From: an uncultured Candidatus Saccharibacteria bacterium
Lineage (GTDB): Bacteria > Patescibacteriota > Saccharimonadia > Saccharimonadales > AWTP1-31
Direction of reading: 5' to 3'
Assembly (NCBI GenBank): GCA_964641545.1
Contig: CAZXLT010000001.1
Coordinates: forward strand, 20,094-84,093
DNA length: 64,000 nt
Position 1 is the first letter of the stretch. Each line of letters starts with the position of its first letter. Below, one piece after another: positions 30,756 through 41,206 of this stretch. Both the position numbers and the translations under genes were made by a program. A model generated the notes under the pieces. That model saw only the letters and a list, made by a program, of their open reading frames with translations, ran no database searches and was not told the DNA's origin.

Positions 30756-31414
30756 CTTAGTACGTTTATGGCTCGTCCCAGAATGAGTGCGATGGTTAAC
30801 AGCGAGATCATTGACTGACTTAGCATCAATAGTTTTGTTCTTCGCAGTAGCGGCATAGCATCTGTTGGGCTGAATGCGGTGGCGTTTGTCGCGGATACGT
30901 ATAGGTAGTCAATAAAAGTTGGAATCCAATGGTGATCTGGCTGATTATGTAGGTTATCCTGGGGGAACAAAAAGTCACGGTCGGTGCGCTTTGCGAGCTT
31001 TCTCTGTCCTGGACCTCCACCATCAATTTCCCAATACACAAAAGCAAAAACAACAATATTAGTTAAATATATGTTTATCGCGGTCAGAATTAAATCGTGA
31101 CCATTGTAGACACCGCCTTTAAGTAACAAGTCTAAAACTCTGAGCAAGGAGTATATATTAGTAAGACCGACGCTCGCGGTTAAAACTAGTACATTGATTC
31201 GTCGCCAAAACGATTCAAAAACATCTTGGTGTGGCGTAGTTAAGGATAGGCTAATAAGGGCAAAAAGTGACACGATAGCAAGTGTGTGCCTAGAGCTTGC
31301 TAAGAATGTGTCGGGTAATATGAACTGCAGAACGATGGCGACTAATACGGTTAGCTGCACGTGCCATACGGGATCTATGCCGTGCTTCACAGACGTTATC
31401 CGAAGTAACTTCAC
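30752..31414 (-). CDS. DUF1345-like membrane protein
   Basis: YWEIDGGGP, DFLFPQ, W.PTFIDYLYVS.TNATAFSPTD. Confidence 0.8.
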   Translation of the reverse strand: MKLLRITSVKHGIDPVWHVQLTVLVAIVLQFILPDTFLASSRHTLAIVSLFALISLSLTTPHQDVFESFWRRINVLVLTASVGLTNIYSLLRVLDLLLKGGVYNGHDLILTAINIYLTNIVVFAFVYWEIDGGGPGQRKLAKRTDRDFLFPQDNLHNQPDHHWIPTFIDYLYVSATNATAFSPTDAMPLLRRTKLLMLSQSMISLLTIALILGRAINVLS

Positions 31415-32421
31415 TGTTCTTTCGCTTTCAATTTTTGTTGTCGCTTAAGAGCAGTGTCACGCTCATCTTCAATCTCTTGTCCAATAATTTCTTCCACAAC
31501 GTCCTCGATGGTAACTACCCCAACGAATTTGCCTCCATGGCTCACCGGCATCATATGTGTTCGTGCAGTAATAAAACGTCGGAAAATTGTATCAAGTGCC
31601 GTCATTTGACCAATAGTTTGCGTTTGGTGGAGTGGAAGCTGATGTATTGTTTGCGGCGTTTCATCAAAGTCTATGTCGACCAGACTTTTAAGTAACAATA
31701 ATCCGTAGCACTCGGTTAGTTGTGTATTAAAAATCGGAACGCGGCTGAAGTTTTTTTCCTTTAGCTCGTCGATCTTAATACCATCTATAGTCGTCTGAGA
31801 AGTTAGCCAGTAAACTTCGTTGATTGGAGTCATGATGTCGCGAACATGTTTCTCGCTTAATGCGAGTGCGCCACGAATAATCTCGACTTCACTCTCGTCG
31901 AGCTCGCTTTTTTTATCATCGGCATGCTCAGCAATAATTAAGCCCAGCTCGTGTCGACTATGCAGCTTTGTTGGTTGGTTCTTGAATATGGCATCAAGAA
32001 GTAGCTGTAAGGGTTTTGAGAAAGGGTATGTTGCGATGACCATAAGTTTAATCATTGGTGCTAAGCGAGCAACAAAATACATTGACCTTCTCACAAATAC
32101 AACCTGAGGCAATATTTCAGCAAACACTACAATTAAGACTGTACTGATCAAACCAGCTACGAGACCGTTTAAGCGTCCTTCTAAAAAAATTGAAATAGCA
32201 GCGTTTGCCGCCACATTGGTCACGAGAATACTGACTAAACTCAAGTGACCATTTTCACGTAACGGAAGTACTTTTTTGGCGCTTTTGTTACCAAGCTGAA
32301 CTTTCCTTCTTAGCGTTGCAACATCGAGCGACATCAATGCTAGCGCAACACCAGAACAAATTGCGGAGGTTCCTATCAAAAGCACTGAAGTAATTACCAA
32401 ACTTACCACACTCATCTTCAC
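31411..32421 (-). CDS. CNNM/DUF21-CBS (CorB/CorC-like) metal transporter
   Basis: FAEILPQ, VRDIMTP, FSRVPI, GVVTIEDVVEEIIG. Confidence 0.88.
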   Translation of the reverse strand: MKMSVVSLVITSVLLIGTSAICSGVALALMSLDVATLRRKVQLGNKSAKKVLPLRENGHLSLVSILVTNVAANAAISIFLEGRLNGLVAGLISTVLIVVFAEILPQVVFVRRSMYFVARLAPMIKLMVIATYPFSKPLQLLLDAIFKNQPTKLHSRHELGLIIAEHADDKKSELDESEVEIIRGALALSEKHVRDIMTPINEVYWLTSQTTIDGIKIDELKEKNFSRVPIFNTQLTECYGLLLLKSLVDIDFDETPQTIHQLPLHQTQTIGQMTALDTIFRRFITARTHMMPVSHGGKFVGVVTIEDVVEEIIGQEIEDERDTALKRQQKLKAKEQ

Positions 32422-32453
32422 CAGACAGTATATCAGACAGCAAGAAACACGCT

Positions 32454-34754
32454 TTAGTATGTTCCTCTACGCATCGTTGTCTCTGTGACACGAGATGCCT
32501 GACGGCTGCATAATAAAAGTGCCGGCCAGGATATTTGGTGTTCTTGCATTATTTCGCGCATACGTTTCGTAGGGCGTAACCCGGATTCTCGCACTGCTTG
32601 CTCGAAGCCCGGCGGATAACTAAGTAGACCATGCATGCGAAGCTGCGTAGCAAGATTTTCTTGCCCTAATCTTACGCCACGTTCTTCCTGGTGCGAAATT
32701 CTGCGAACATCAACCAAAATTGTTTGGAGCCAGTTGCGGAAAGCCCCTACTGCTTCAGTATCGATTGGTTTTTTATCTTCTTCTTTTCTCCTCGCTTGGT
32801 GCTCGTCGGCAGTTTCTTTCATGGGTCGTCTGTGAGTGGTTGTTTTTGAGACGGCAGACGTTCTTGCGGGAGCTGGTGCGCGTCGTGCGGGTGCGACTCG
32901 TTTCGTATGCCAGCCAATATTGGTTTTCGGGTTTAGTATTGCAGTAACTTCATCTCGGTCATATGCTCTTGTGGCCCGACCTTTTTCATCTAATTTATGG
33001 ACTTGTTCACAGTCTTCGGCTGCAAGTACGCGTCGAATAACTGAAGCGCTACGACCTTTGCTAAGCTCGGGATCGCTTATAATCTGTCCCATTGTTATAT
33101 CACTGGCAAGCAGCGGTTCAAAACCAAGCATCTCAGCAAGCAGCGCCTCGCTTCGAGGAGGATACAACACAAATTGCTTTTCTCCATCTTGCTGTGTTTT
33201 GCTGCCAACTTTTGCCTTACTGAGGCGCCTAATAACTTCTGATTCGGGGATGCCAAGTACGTAACCCAAGTAGCCAGCATTCACCCAGTTAGAGGGCACA
33301 GATTGTTGCCCGTTAGTAATACGTATCTCATCGATTGGTAGTTGATCAAGCTTGTTCATCGCCGCGCGAAGTTCAGGATCAAGCGTTCCTTTCATAGCTC
33401 GTGATTTTGGTGCTATTGAGTCGGTGGAAGCAAAACGATGTCCTTGGACGACAATCGTTTCGTTTAACACGTCGATAGCAGTAACTTGGGGCCTTTCCCT
33501 GGTCTGATCTGGTGTCGCGATATCATACACCAAATCGAAGTACTCAGCGACCTTTCCCTGCCTCCATCTCATAACACGCCCTAAGCCTTGTTCGGCAAGT
33601 ACGACCGACATGACAGGACGTGTGTTAATACCATATTCTACGTCGCCATCCCAACCGACATTAACAAGGTCTACGTTTGTAATCCCATCAATTTCGTGCG
33701 CTTCAAGTTTCTTAAAAATAGTGTCAAGCTCTTTGGCGGTCATATCGCCATCCACGTGCGAGACTCGCAGCTTTCGCCGACCAGTTGGTGTATCTATAAT
33801 TTGATTCGACAATCTCCTTGCAAGTTCCCTTGATATAAGACGATCGTGCCCTGGTGGGCAGTGGATAATTCCAACACGATTTCGTTGAGCCTGGTTTGTG
33901 ACTATGGCACGAATTAAGTTAAAGTCTGGAATTTCTCTGAGTGCCCGAAATACGTCTGCTTCGTTCAATTCTCCAAGGCGCGTGCGGCCGGCGATAATTC
34001 GGGTGGAAGCCTGTATTAACCGAACCTCTAGCGGAGATATGTAGCCGTCGTTTATTCCTTCGCGAATTGTTTCGTGCATGCCCACCAGCGGAAACATATC
34101 AAATGCGGTACGAGTTTGGCTATATGAAGGGGTGGCGCTGAAGCCGACGGCTAACCGGCCAGGCAAAAGTCGTCGCAAAGTTTCAGACGCTTTTCCATTA
34201 ATAACAAGGTGCATTTCGTCTGCAGTCACTACATTAGGGTTTAATCTTTTCAGTTCACCGCTTCGTTCCATCCCTGGGAATGATTGGTAGCATGCGATAG
34301 TTACATCCGCATCGGCTACTCTGCCCCGCCTCCCTGTGCCTGTAACGGTTAAATCTGGAGCAAAGCTGCGTAAACCCTGCTGTTCTTTTTCGCCGTAAGT
34401 TTGGCGTCCGATTTTAATGCGTGGAACCCCCACTAATGCGCGAAGCGCTAAATCTCCTTCTGGTGTTCTTTCGCGAAGTCCTTGATGCATCATTCTGAGA
34501 ATCTCTGACTGCATTACTGTTTTACCAGAACCAGTTGGACTGACCATAGCGATACCCATTCCAGATGCATAGCTATCAATTGTTAATTCGTCCATTACTG
34601 CTTCGCGAAAACCATAGATACCAGATACTTGGTGTTTGCGGAGATGACTGGCTTGCGGGTCGCTCGGATCATATGCGCCAACAGCAAAACGCAAGGCTTC
34701 AAAGTTTTGCTCTATTTCGCTGGAGGATGGCGGCGTCACTAAACCTGTCGACAT
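32454..34754 (-). CDS. Superfamily 2 DExH-box helicase with long C-terminal extension
   Basis: Motif I SPTGSGKT, II DEMH, III SAT, V VGWD, VI QGLGRVMR. Confidence 0.8.
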   Translation of the reverse strand: MSTGLVTPPSSSEIEQNFEALRFAVGAYDPSDPQASHLRKHQVSGIYGFREAVMDELTIDSYASGMGIAMVSPTGSGKTVMQSEILRMMHQGLRERTPEGDLALRALVGVPRIKIGRQTYGEKEQQGLRSFAPDLTVTGTGRRGRVADADVTIACYQSFPGMERSGELKRLNPNVVTADEMHLVINGKASETLRRLLPGRLAVGFSATPSYSQTRTAFDMFPLVGMHETIREGINDGYISPLEVRLIQASTRIIAGRTRLGELNEADVFRALREIPDFNLIRAIVTNQAQRNRVGIIHCPPGHDRLISRELARRLSNQIIDTPTGRRKLRVSHVDGDMTAKELDTIFKKLEAHEIDGITNVDLVNVGWDGDVEYGINTRPVMSVVLAEQGLGRVMRWRQGKVAEYFDLVYDIATPDQTRERPQVTAIDVLNETIVVQGHRFASTDSIAPKSRAMKGTLDPELRAAMNKLDQLPIDEIRITNGQQSVPSNWVNAGYLGYVLGIPESEVIRRLSKAKVGSKTQQDGEKQFVLYPPRSEALLAEMLGFEPLLASDITMGQIISDPELSKGRSASVIRRVLAAEDCEQVHKLDEKGRATRAYDRDEVTAILNPKTNIGWHTKRVAPARRAPAPARTSAVSKTTTHRRPMKETADEHQARRKEEDKKPIDTEAVGAFRNWLQTILVDVRRISHQEERGVRLGQENLATQLRMHGLLSYPPGFEQAVRESGLRPTKRMREIMQEHQISWPALLLCSRQASRVTETTMRRGTY

Positions 34755-34833
34755 AATAATTTACTGATCCTACTGCAACAAACAACAGATTGCAAGTAGA
34801 TCGCATCATCGTAACGCGTGATGCTACAATGCA

Positions 34834-35904
34834 ATGATGAAAGTCGCGCTGGTAACGTGCTATAAGGAACCCGACTATGTCCGCGCTCGAACAATCCGCG
34901 CAGCAGTTAAGCGTTTACCGAATGTTCACCCCGTTATCGTCAAAAATAAACACCTCGGGGTGTTACGTTACACCGAGATAGCAGCCAAATTGGTAATTAC
35001 CAGATTCAAATATAAGCCCGATGTGTACCTGCTTACGTTTCGAGCTTATGAAATCCTGCCACTAGCCCTACTTGTATGCATTGGTAAGCCAGTAATATAT
35101 GACGAATTTATTAACCCGATAGAGTGGCTGGTATATGAACACCATAAAATTAGACGGGGCGGACTGCCCCATAGATTGTTCGCAGCTTTGTATCGCTGGC
35201 TTGTGGCGAAAACTACGTTTATTTTGGCGGATACCGCTGAGCATGCTGGATTTTCAAGCCAACTGAACCGCATTGATAAAAATAAGTATTACGCTATTCC
35301 TGTTGGTGCGGACGAAGCGTTGTTTAAGCCGGCAGATACCAAAAAAGTGACAAAAGCACCCTTCCGAGTATTTTTCTACGGGAACATGCGTCCTCTGCAT
35401 GGCATTGACTACGTTCTAAAAGCAACGCAGCTTCTCGATAGTCATGAGTATGCATTTTACATTGTTGGTGGTGACAACAAGGTCGAACGTGCCGTCGCGG
35501 ATGTAAGCGCTTCTACCGGTACATCTATTACGTATACACGCCGAATACCCTTCGACCAAATAGCTCGTCAAATGCATGAGACTGATATTTTCCTAGGTGG
35601 TCCGTTTGGAGGTACAACACAGGCTCGATATGTTATATCGGGAAAAACCACCCAAGCATTAGCAGCTGGTGTACCAACCATTGTCGGAAAAAACCGCGTA
35701 ACAAAGCTATTTATTGATCAACAAAACTGTTTGTTGGTAGACCAAGCAAACCCAAAGTCATTAGCAAATGCAATTATTTGGGCACAAACTCACCGAAAGG
35801 AACTTTCAAAAATTGCATTGTCGGGTCGACGCTTATACGAGAAGGAATTTTCAGTAGACAAAATCAGTCGTTTACTTGCCGAGGTTTTCGAGAAAGTTGC
35901 TTGA
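34834..35904 (+). CDS. Glycosyltransferase family 4 (GT-B)
   Basis: PVGAD, FYGNMRPLHG, DIFLGGPFG, KTTQALAAGVP. Confidence 0.85.
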   Translation: MMKVALVTCYKEPDYVRARTIRAAVKRLPNVHPVIVKNKHLGVLRYTEIAAKLVITRFKYKPDVYLLTFRAYEILPLALLVCIGKPVIYDEFINPIEWLVYEHHKIRRGGLPHRLFAALYRWLVAKTTFILADTAEHAGFSSQLNRIDKNKYYAIPVGADEALFKPADTKKVTKAPFRVFFYGNMRPLHGIDYVLKATQLLDSHEYAFYIVGGDNKVERAVADVSASTGTSITYTRRIPFDQIARQMHETDIFLGGPFGGTTQARYVISGKTTQALAAGVPTIVGKNRVTKLFIDQQNCLLVDQANPKSLANAIIWAQTHRKELSKIALSGRRLYEKEFSVDKISRLLAEVFEKVA

Positions 35905-36772
35905 CGTGCAACTGCTGAGTAGCCTTAAAGTATAGTGCCAAAATGCCAATAATGCCCAAAAAAAGTATATAAACAGATCGATCAATAATGTTAGCCGCAA
36001 TAATTGTCTGCGGGTCGATGTTATGAATTTTCTGCGAGAGTACCAAAAACGATTCGCGAAAACCTATCCCACCCGGCGTGAACGCTACGAAAAGCGTCAG
36101 GTTTGCTATACCTGTGTAGCCTAGTATTTGACGTAGGCCAATAGTTGGGTCTATGCTCCGAAGCTCAAAGTAGTACAGCAGCCAAAGTGTAACCACCTGA
36201 ATAACGACGCCAATCACCATCAGACTAGCTGACTCTAAAACTGCAAACTTAATTTTTCGGCTCAGCTCATAGCGACTTGACCCTATAATAACCGCAAATA
36301 ACAATAATGACATCGGGATTGCCAGCCACCACAAGGATGTTGCTAGAACAACGCAGACTGCGCTAATAACCGAGTAAAGAAAATAGTACACAAGTGTGGC
36401 ATAGCTATATCGCTTTAGGCTAATTGAATGGTATTTTTTTAAGTATAGCGCCCTAAAGCCCGGACCGCTTTGGAGTGGCCCAAAAAAATTAATAAGCGAA
36501 GAGTAGACGACTAACAGTGTCTTTTGTTTCTTGCTAACCTGACCTCCTGCAATTTTTAAACTTGCTTCCAAAATAATCACAAGCGCCACGATCGTTAAAC
36601 TAAACAGTGCCAGCAGAACACCCACCAATACTAGCGATGTGTGGCGAAGACTTGTCAAAACCTCGGGGTGAGTTCGTATGTAGCGGTACGTGACAAATGC
36701 ACTTACTAGTAAGATAAGAACTGATAACGTTTGCTTCCACCGTTTTGTTGGTTGCACATACGTATTATACAA
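35864..36772 (-). CDS. Lysylphosphatidylglycerol synthase TM / flippase-like membrane protein
   Basis: Multi-TM, FRALYLK, TPGGIGFRE, DR motif. Confidence 0.8.
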   Translation of the reverse strand: MYNTYVQPTKRWKQTLSVLILLVSAFVTYRYIRTHPEVLTSLRHTSLVLVGVLLALFSLTIVALVIILEASLKIAGGQVSKKQKTLLVVYSSLINFFGPLQSGPGFRALYLKKYHSISLKRYSYATLVYYFLYSVISAVCVVLATSLWWLAIPMSLLLFAVIIGSSRYELSRKIKFAVLESASLMVIGVVIQVVTLWLLYYFELRSIDPTIGLRQILGYTGIANLTLFVAFTPGGIGFRESFLVLSQKIHNIDPQTIIAANIIDRSVYILFLGIIGILALYFKATQQLHVKQLSRKPRQVND

Positions 36773-38309
36773 AAACCCGGGGTATAATGGGGTATCTATG
36801 TCTTCAAAAAGTCAGGCATTAACAAAACAATCTCTCCTAAGCAGACTAAAAGCAACTCTTAGTAGCAAATGGTTTTTTATTGTTTGTCTGGTCATTTTTG
36901 TTGCAGGTGTGCTGTGGATCATTTTCTCGTCTATTTATCCAATGGCCTATGACGAGGCGTACCATTTTGGTTTGATCAACCTGTACTCCAACTACTGGCA
37001 CCCATTCTTTGCCAATCAACCACCCAATGCCGATGTGTATGGTTCGGTAGCTCGCGAACCATCATTTTTGTATCACTACTTGTTTGGACAATTATTCCGT
37101 GGAATCAGAGCTGTATGTAGCACTGAGCTAGCACAAATACTTGTACTCCGTTGTTTATCGCTCGCCATGGTTGTTCCGGCTATCCTGATTTTGCGAAGTG
37201 CGCTTGTGCGATTCACTCGATATTCGCTGGCGCAGATACACCTGGCGCTTAGTTTTTTTATGCTTGTCCCGATGGTCTCGATGTTGTCAGCACAAATAAA
37301 TTACGACAACGCCATGTTTTTGCTTTCCTCTGTTGTAGTTTATCTGGCCTTGAAGACCCTGCGCTTGCTTGAGTCAAAAAAGGTTGATTCAGCAACACTC
37401 TTTTGGCTCGCAATCACCGGGCTCATTACCTGTGTTACTAAATATACGTTTTTGCCTGCTTTCTTTGGCCTAGTCATTTTTCTTGTCTGGAGCATTTGGC
37501 GAACAATGGGTATAACACCTGCCGTCAGTAGTTTTCGAAAAAGCTTCAGTAAACTCTCTACCCTGTACAAGCTAGGCGTTATTGCGCTGTTTATTATCGC
37601 CGCAGGCCTAAGCTGGCAGCGATATGGCATTAACGTCCTGCGTTACGGACGACCGGTACCCGACTGCCGTCAGGTATTGACTGAGCACCAGTGTTGGCAA
37701 TACCCGCCATGGCAGCGCAACTATGTCTTTATCTATTACAAGGATGCGAATCTTAACACCAGTATTTACCCGTTTACGCGTTTTTGGTTGAGTAGATTAT
37801 ACCGTAGCTTATTATACGTATTGAATGGACCGGCTAGTCAATATTCGGTTGGAGCACCGTTTGCTGTGCCATTAATTGTTGCGCGACTATTCTTAATTAC
37901 AGGTTTTTTTCTTGGTGTATTCCTGGCGCTATTCAAACGACAGCGGTTTAAACAAGAAGATGGTTTGTTCCTCTGCATAATTGTATGTTTCGTAGCGATT
38001 TTATTCTTGCAGAACTATACAGATTTTGTACGGGTTGGCCAAAGGATAGCCGTCCAAGGGCGCTACCTATTGCCTATTGTTCTTCCGATGATCTTATTGC
38101 TGATTAGTATTTTCAATTATGCGCTACAAGGTCTGCGTGGTCTAAAAATCGGTTTAGCAGTTTTTGCGCTATTGATAGCAACGCAAGGTCTTGGTGTAAC
38201 GGCGTTTATTCTGCGCAGCGACCAAGAATGGTACCGCGAAAGTCAGCGTGTTATTGACGCCAATCATAAGGCGCGCAGCATTATTGCGCCCCTTGTAATT
38301 GAGAATTAG
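36690..38309 (+). CDS. GT-C-like polytopic membrane glycosyltransferase (start probably 36798)
   Basis: YDEAYH loop motif, P.LYH, INYDN, K in TM, QGRYL. Confidence 0.7.
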   Translation: MTNALTSKIRTDNVCFHRFVGCTYVLYKNPGYNGVSMSSKSQALTKQSLLSRLKATLSSKWFFIVCLVIFVAGVLWIIFSSIYPMAYDEAYHFGLINLYSNYWHPFFANQPPNADVYGSVAREPSFLYHYLFGQLFRGIRAVCSTELAQILVLRCLSLAMVVPAILILRSALVRFTRYSLAQIHLALSFFMLVPMVSMLSAQINYDNAMFLLSSVVVYLALKTLRLLESKKVDSATLFWLAITGLITCVTKYTFLPAFFGLVIFLVWSIWRTMGITPAVSSFRKSFSKLSTLYKLGVIALFIIAAGLSWQRYGINVLRYGRPVPDCRQVLTEHQCWQYPPWQRNYVFIYYKDANLNTSIYPFTRFWLSRLYRSLLYVLNGPASQYSVGAPFAVPLIVARLFLITGFFLGVFLALFKRQRFKQEDGLFLCIIVCFVAILFLQNYTDFVRVGQRIAVQGRYLLPIVLPMILLLISIFNYALQGLRGLKIGLAVFALLIATQGLGVTAFILRSDQEWYRESQRVIDANHKARSIIAPLVIEN

Positions 38310-39353
38310 TTATTTACCGAAACGCTCACGTTTTTGGTGTTCAAGACTATCTTCAATTAATATTCGGTTTATTCGAATAAGGTCGGCAATGATGCCCAAC
38401 GCAAATGACAAAAAGGCTCCACCGAGCAACACAGAACCCACTATGAGTGATTGCAAATGAGCACCATGCTGATCTTGCAAAACAAAGTACAGGTATCGAC
38501 CAAATGGAATAAGTCCGGCGACCAGCAGGAACAGGCTCACTGAACTAAATAAAACGTACGGCTTGTACATGATGTATGCGCGAACAATTGAAACCGCAGA
38601 TTTCGTGACATGCTCCCAGGTAGATGAAAACAAGCGCGACTCTCTGGTTTTTGGATTTACAGCTATTGGGACGCTAGCAATAGCAAGTTTTTTATTGCCT
38701 GCCTGGATGATTGTCTCGGTGGTATAGCTAAAGCGAGTTATGGTGTTCAGCAGCATAAGCGATTCTCGAGAATAAGCTCGAAAGCCACTGACAGCATCGG
38801 GAATCTGTGTCCCAGCTGCTTTGTTGACAATAGTCGTGCCCAGATGTTGCAGACGTTTTTTGAAAGGAGAAAAATGCTCAATGGTCTGCGTTTGACGATC
38901 TGCAATAACAATATCCGCTTTCCCTTCTAAAATTGGTGTGATCAAATCTCCAATTTTCTCTTGGGGGTATTGGTTGTCGCCGTCCGTATTCACTACTATG
39001 TCTGCGCCAAGCTCTAGTGCTCTGTTAACTCCATCGTGGAAAGAGCGAGCCAACCCACGGTTACCGATGTGATGAATGAATTGCTTTACACCCTGGTCCT
39101 TTGCGATCTGGACCGTTTTGTCGGTTGAGCCATCGTCTATTATCAAAATTTCAATTGAGTCCACACCTTTTATCGCCGCAGGAATAGACTCTAGCACAGT
39201 GGGCAATGTCTTTTCTTCGTTTAAGCACGGAATTTGTATTACTAACTTCAAGATAGTCCTTAGATTACTCAAATGATTATACCCTCTTGCCACAATCAAT
39301 AAAAAGATTCTCTTACTCTTTGGTGTAAAATGAAAATATGCATACTGATACAA
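38310..39353 (-). CDS. Glycosyltransferase family 2 (Dol-P-Man synthase-like; true start probably ~39251)
   Basis: IPCLNEE, IDDGSTD, NTDGDNQY, DAVSGFRAY. Confidence 0.9.
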   Translation of the reverse strand: MYQYAYFHFTPKSKRIFLLIVARGYNHLSNLRTILKLVIQIPCLNEEKTLPTVLESIPAAIKGVDSIEILIIDDGSTDKTVQIAKDQGVKQFIHHIGNRGLARSFHDGVNRALELGADIVVNTDGDNQYPQEKIGDLITPILEGKADIVIADRQTQTIEHFSPFKKRLQHLGTTIVNKAAGTQIPDAVSGFRAYSRESLMLLNTITRFSYTTETIIQAGNKKLAIASVPIAVNPKTRESRLFSSTWEHVTKSAVSIVRAYIMYKPYVLFSSVSLFLLVAGLIPFGRYLYFVLQDQHGAHLQSLIVGSVLLGGAFLSFALGIIADLIRINRILIEDSLEHQKRERFGK

Positions 39354-39736
39354 AGTTATTTAATAACAAGCTTGAGCCGCAAGATAAGAAGATTTGTGAT
39401 CTATTGGCGAAAGAAATTGATAAAAGCTTGTCTGGGGCTGAGAATAAAATCTGGCATGGTTCCCCGGTCTGGTTTTTGGACGGTAATCCAATTGTTGGGT
39501 ACGACAGGCTCAAAGATGCAGTGCGCCTACTCTTTTGGAGCGGTCAGTCATTTGATGAGCCTGGGTTAAAGGCAGAGGGTAGCTTTAAGGCCGCCGAAGC
39601 ACGGTTCACCAATGTCGATCAAATTAATAGTAAAGACCTCATGCGCTGGCTGGAAAAATCAAAAGTAATACAGTGGGATTATAAGAATATAGTTAAGCGT
39701 AAAGGCGTACTGGAGAAGTTGGAGCCGTCTAGCTAA
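39338..39736 (+). CDS. DUF1801 domain protein
   Basis: KIWHGSPVWFLDGNPIVGY, LLFWSGQSFDE, QWDYKNIVKRKG. Confidence 0.85.
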   Translation: MHTDTKLFNNKLEPQDKKICDLLAKEIDKSLSGAENKIWHGSPVWFLDGNPIVGYDRLKDAVRLLFWSGQSFDEPGLKAEGSFKAAEARFTNVDQINSKDLMRWLEKSKVIQWDYKNIVKRKGVLEKLEPSS

Positions 39737-39942
39737 GATTTACCGTCGAGATATTTCCCTGCAACACTCAGGGCAAATGAAGATAAAATCACAAATACCG
39801 TTGCCATAAAAAGTTTTGAGATCAAAAGCTCAAGTCCGTGGCTTTTGTCATCCGGATCGGTCCCAGTTAGCACCATTATGACTCCAAGAACTCCAAATGT
39901 TACGGAGGCGTATATGAAAACGCGCGTGGCTAATTTTTGCAT
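39733..39942 (-). CDS. Small two-TM membrane protein
   Basis: Two hydrophobic helices; -10-like TATACT before ATG. Confidence 0.65.
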   Translation of the reverse strand: MQKLATRVFIYASVTFGVLGVIMVLTGTDPDDKSHGLELLISKLFMATVFVILSSFALSVAGKYLDGKS

Positions 39943-39994
39943 AGCTTCAGTATATCAAGCCGGGCAAGGTCTGAACTAGGATATACTTTTATTC

Positions 39995-40864
39995 ATGTGG
40001 TTTTTCTATGCATTGCTTGGTGCCTTTGGTAAATCCTACTCAGGCTTTTTTCGTAAGAAGATGGCTGGAAACGTTGGTGCTGCTACCTATATTTGGGTAA
40101 GTTATTCGATTTTGCTCATCATTCTTACGCCGATATTATTGATGCGATCAAGCCAGATGATAGAACTAGTCCGCACAATTCCGATCGTAATAATTGGTGC
40201 AGCGGTAGCAAATTTGCTAGCAACACAACTCAATCTTGCTGCACTAAAGCATGAAGAGCTTTCGTATACGGCACCGCTCAATGCGTTTGTGCCGGTTTTC
40301 ACGCTAATTATCGCTGGATTATTTTTACAAGAACACCCGCCTCGGTTTGGAGTGCTGGGAATACTCAGCATATTTCTTGGTGCCTATGTGATAAATATTA
40401 AACCCCAGCGCACAGCTTGGTACGATCCACTTACTCACCTTGTGACTAACAGAGGTGCACAGCTTAGTTTATGTGTTGCGCTTGGATATGCGATTAACAC
40501 GACATTATTGAAGGTTATTTCTAATAACGGATACGACGCATTCACCAGTCTTTACGCAACAACCGCGCTCGGGTGGATATTTTTTGCTCACGTACCTTTC
40601 GTAAAAAGGAAGGAGCTAAAAGCGGCAGTTAAGTCCAACGGTTTTGTGCTGATTGGATCTGGAATCAGTTCATTCTTTAGCGCCTTTTTCCATATCGTCG
40701 CTGTCGGCATGACGTACACAAGCTATGCGGTTAGTGTACGGCGGCTCGAAGTGCTTATAGCAGTTTTTCTGGGTTGGCGATACCTTAAAGAAACAAATAT
40801 ACGCAACAAACTTATCGGCAGTCTTTTAATGCTGGTCGGCACTGTTGTCATGGCAATATCGTAG
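39995..40864 (+). CDS. EamA/DMT family transporter
   Basis: About 10 TMs, duplicated FL.E / YLKE pattern. Confidence 0.85.
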   Translation: MWFFYALLGAFGKSYSGFFRKKMAGNVGAATYIWVSYSILLIILTPILLMRSSQMIELVRTIPIVIIGAAVANLLATQLNLAALKHEELSYTAPLNAFVPVFTLIIAGLFLQEHPPRFGVLGILSIFLGAYVINIKPQRTAWYDPLTHLVTNRGAQLSLCVALGYAINTTLLKVISNNGYDAFTSLYATTALGWIFFAHVPFVKRKELKAAVKSNGFVLIGSGISSFFSAFFHIVAVGMTYTSYAVSVRRLEVLIAVFLGWRYLKETNIRNKLIGSLLMLVGTVVMAIS

Positions 40865-40885
40865 GTAAAACAGTACTATAGGTCT

Positions 40886-41197
40886 ATGACGACGATACAA
40901 GTAAAGGATGGGTTGGCACACAATATGCCCGCAGACTTACGTAAATCCTTAGAGTCAGACAACCTAGTTGTACAAAAATGGAATAGCCTCACAGCCTTAG
41001 CGCAAAACGAATGGATTTGCTGGAACGTAACGGTTAAACAGGCTGACACACGAAAAAATCACATTCAGCGCACTGTCACCGAGCTGAAAGAAGGAAAGCG
41101 ACGCCCCTGCTGCTGGATGGGCTGCGTTCATCGAGTCGATAAACCAATGAATGCCTCTCAGAAGTGGATACTCGGCAAACAAAAACAGAGCGCGTAA
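40886..41197 (+). CDS. YdeI/OmpD-associated family protein
   Basis: MPADL, WNSLT.LAQNEWICW, KQADTR, GKRRPCCW.GC.HR. Confidence 0.85.
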   Translation: MTTIQVKDGLAHNMPADLRKSLESDNLVVQKWNSLTALAQNEWICWNVTVKQADTRKNHIQRTVTELKEGKRRPCCWMGCVHRVDKPMNASQKWILGKQKQSA

Positions 41198-41206
41198 GCA
41201 CGTGTT

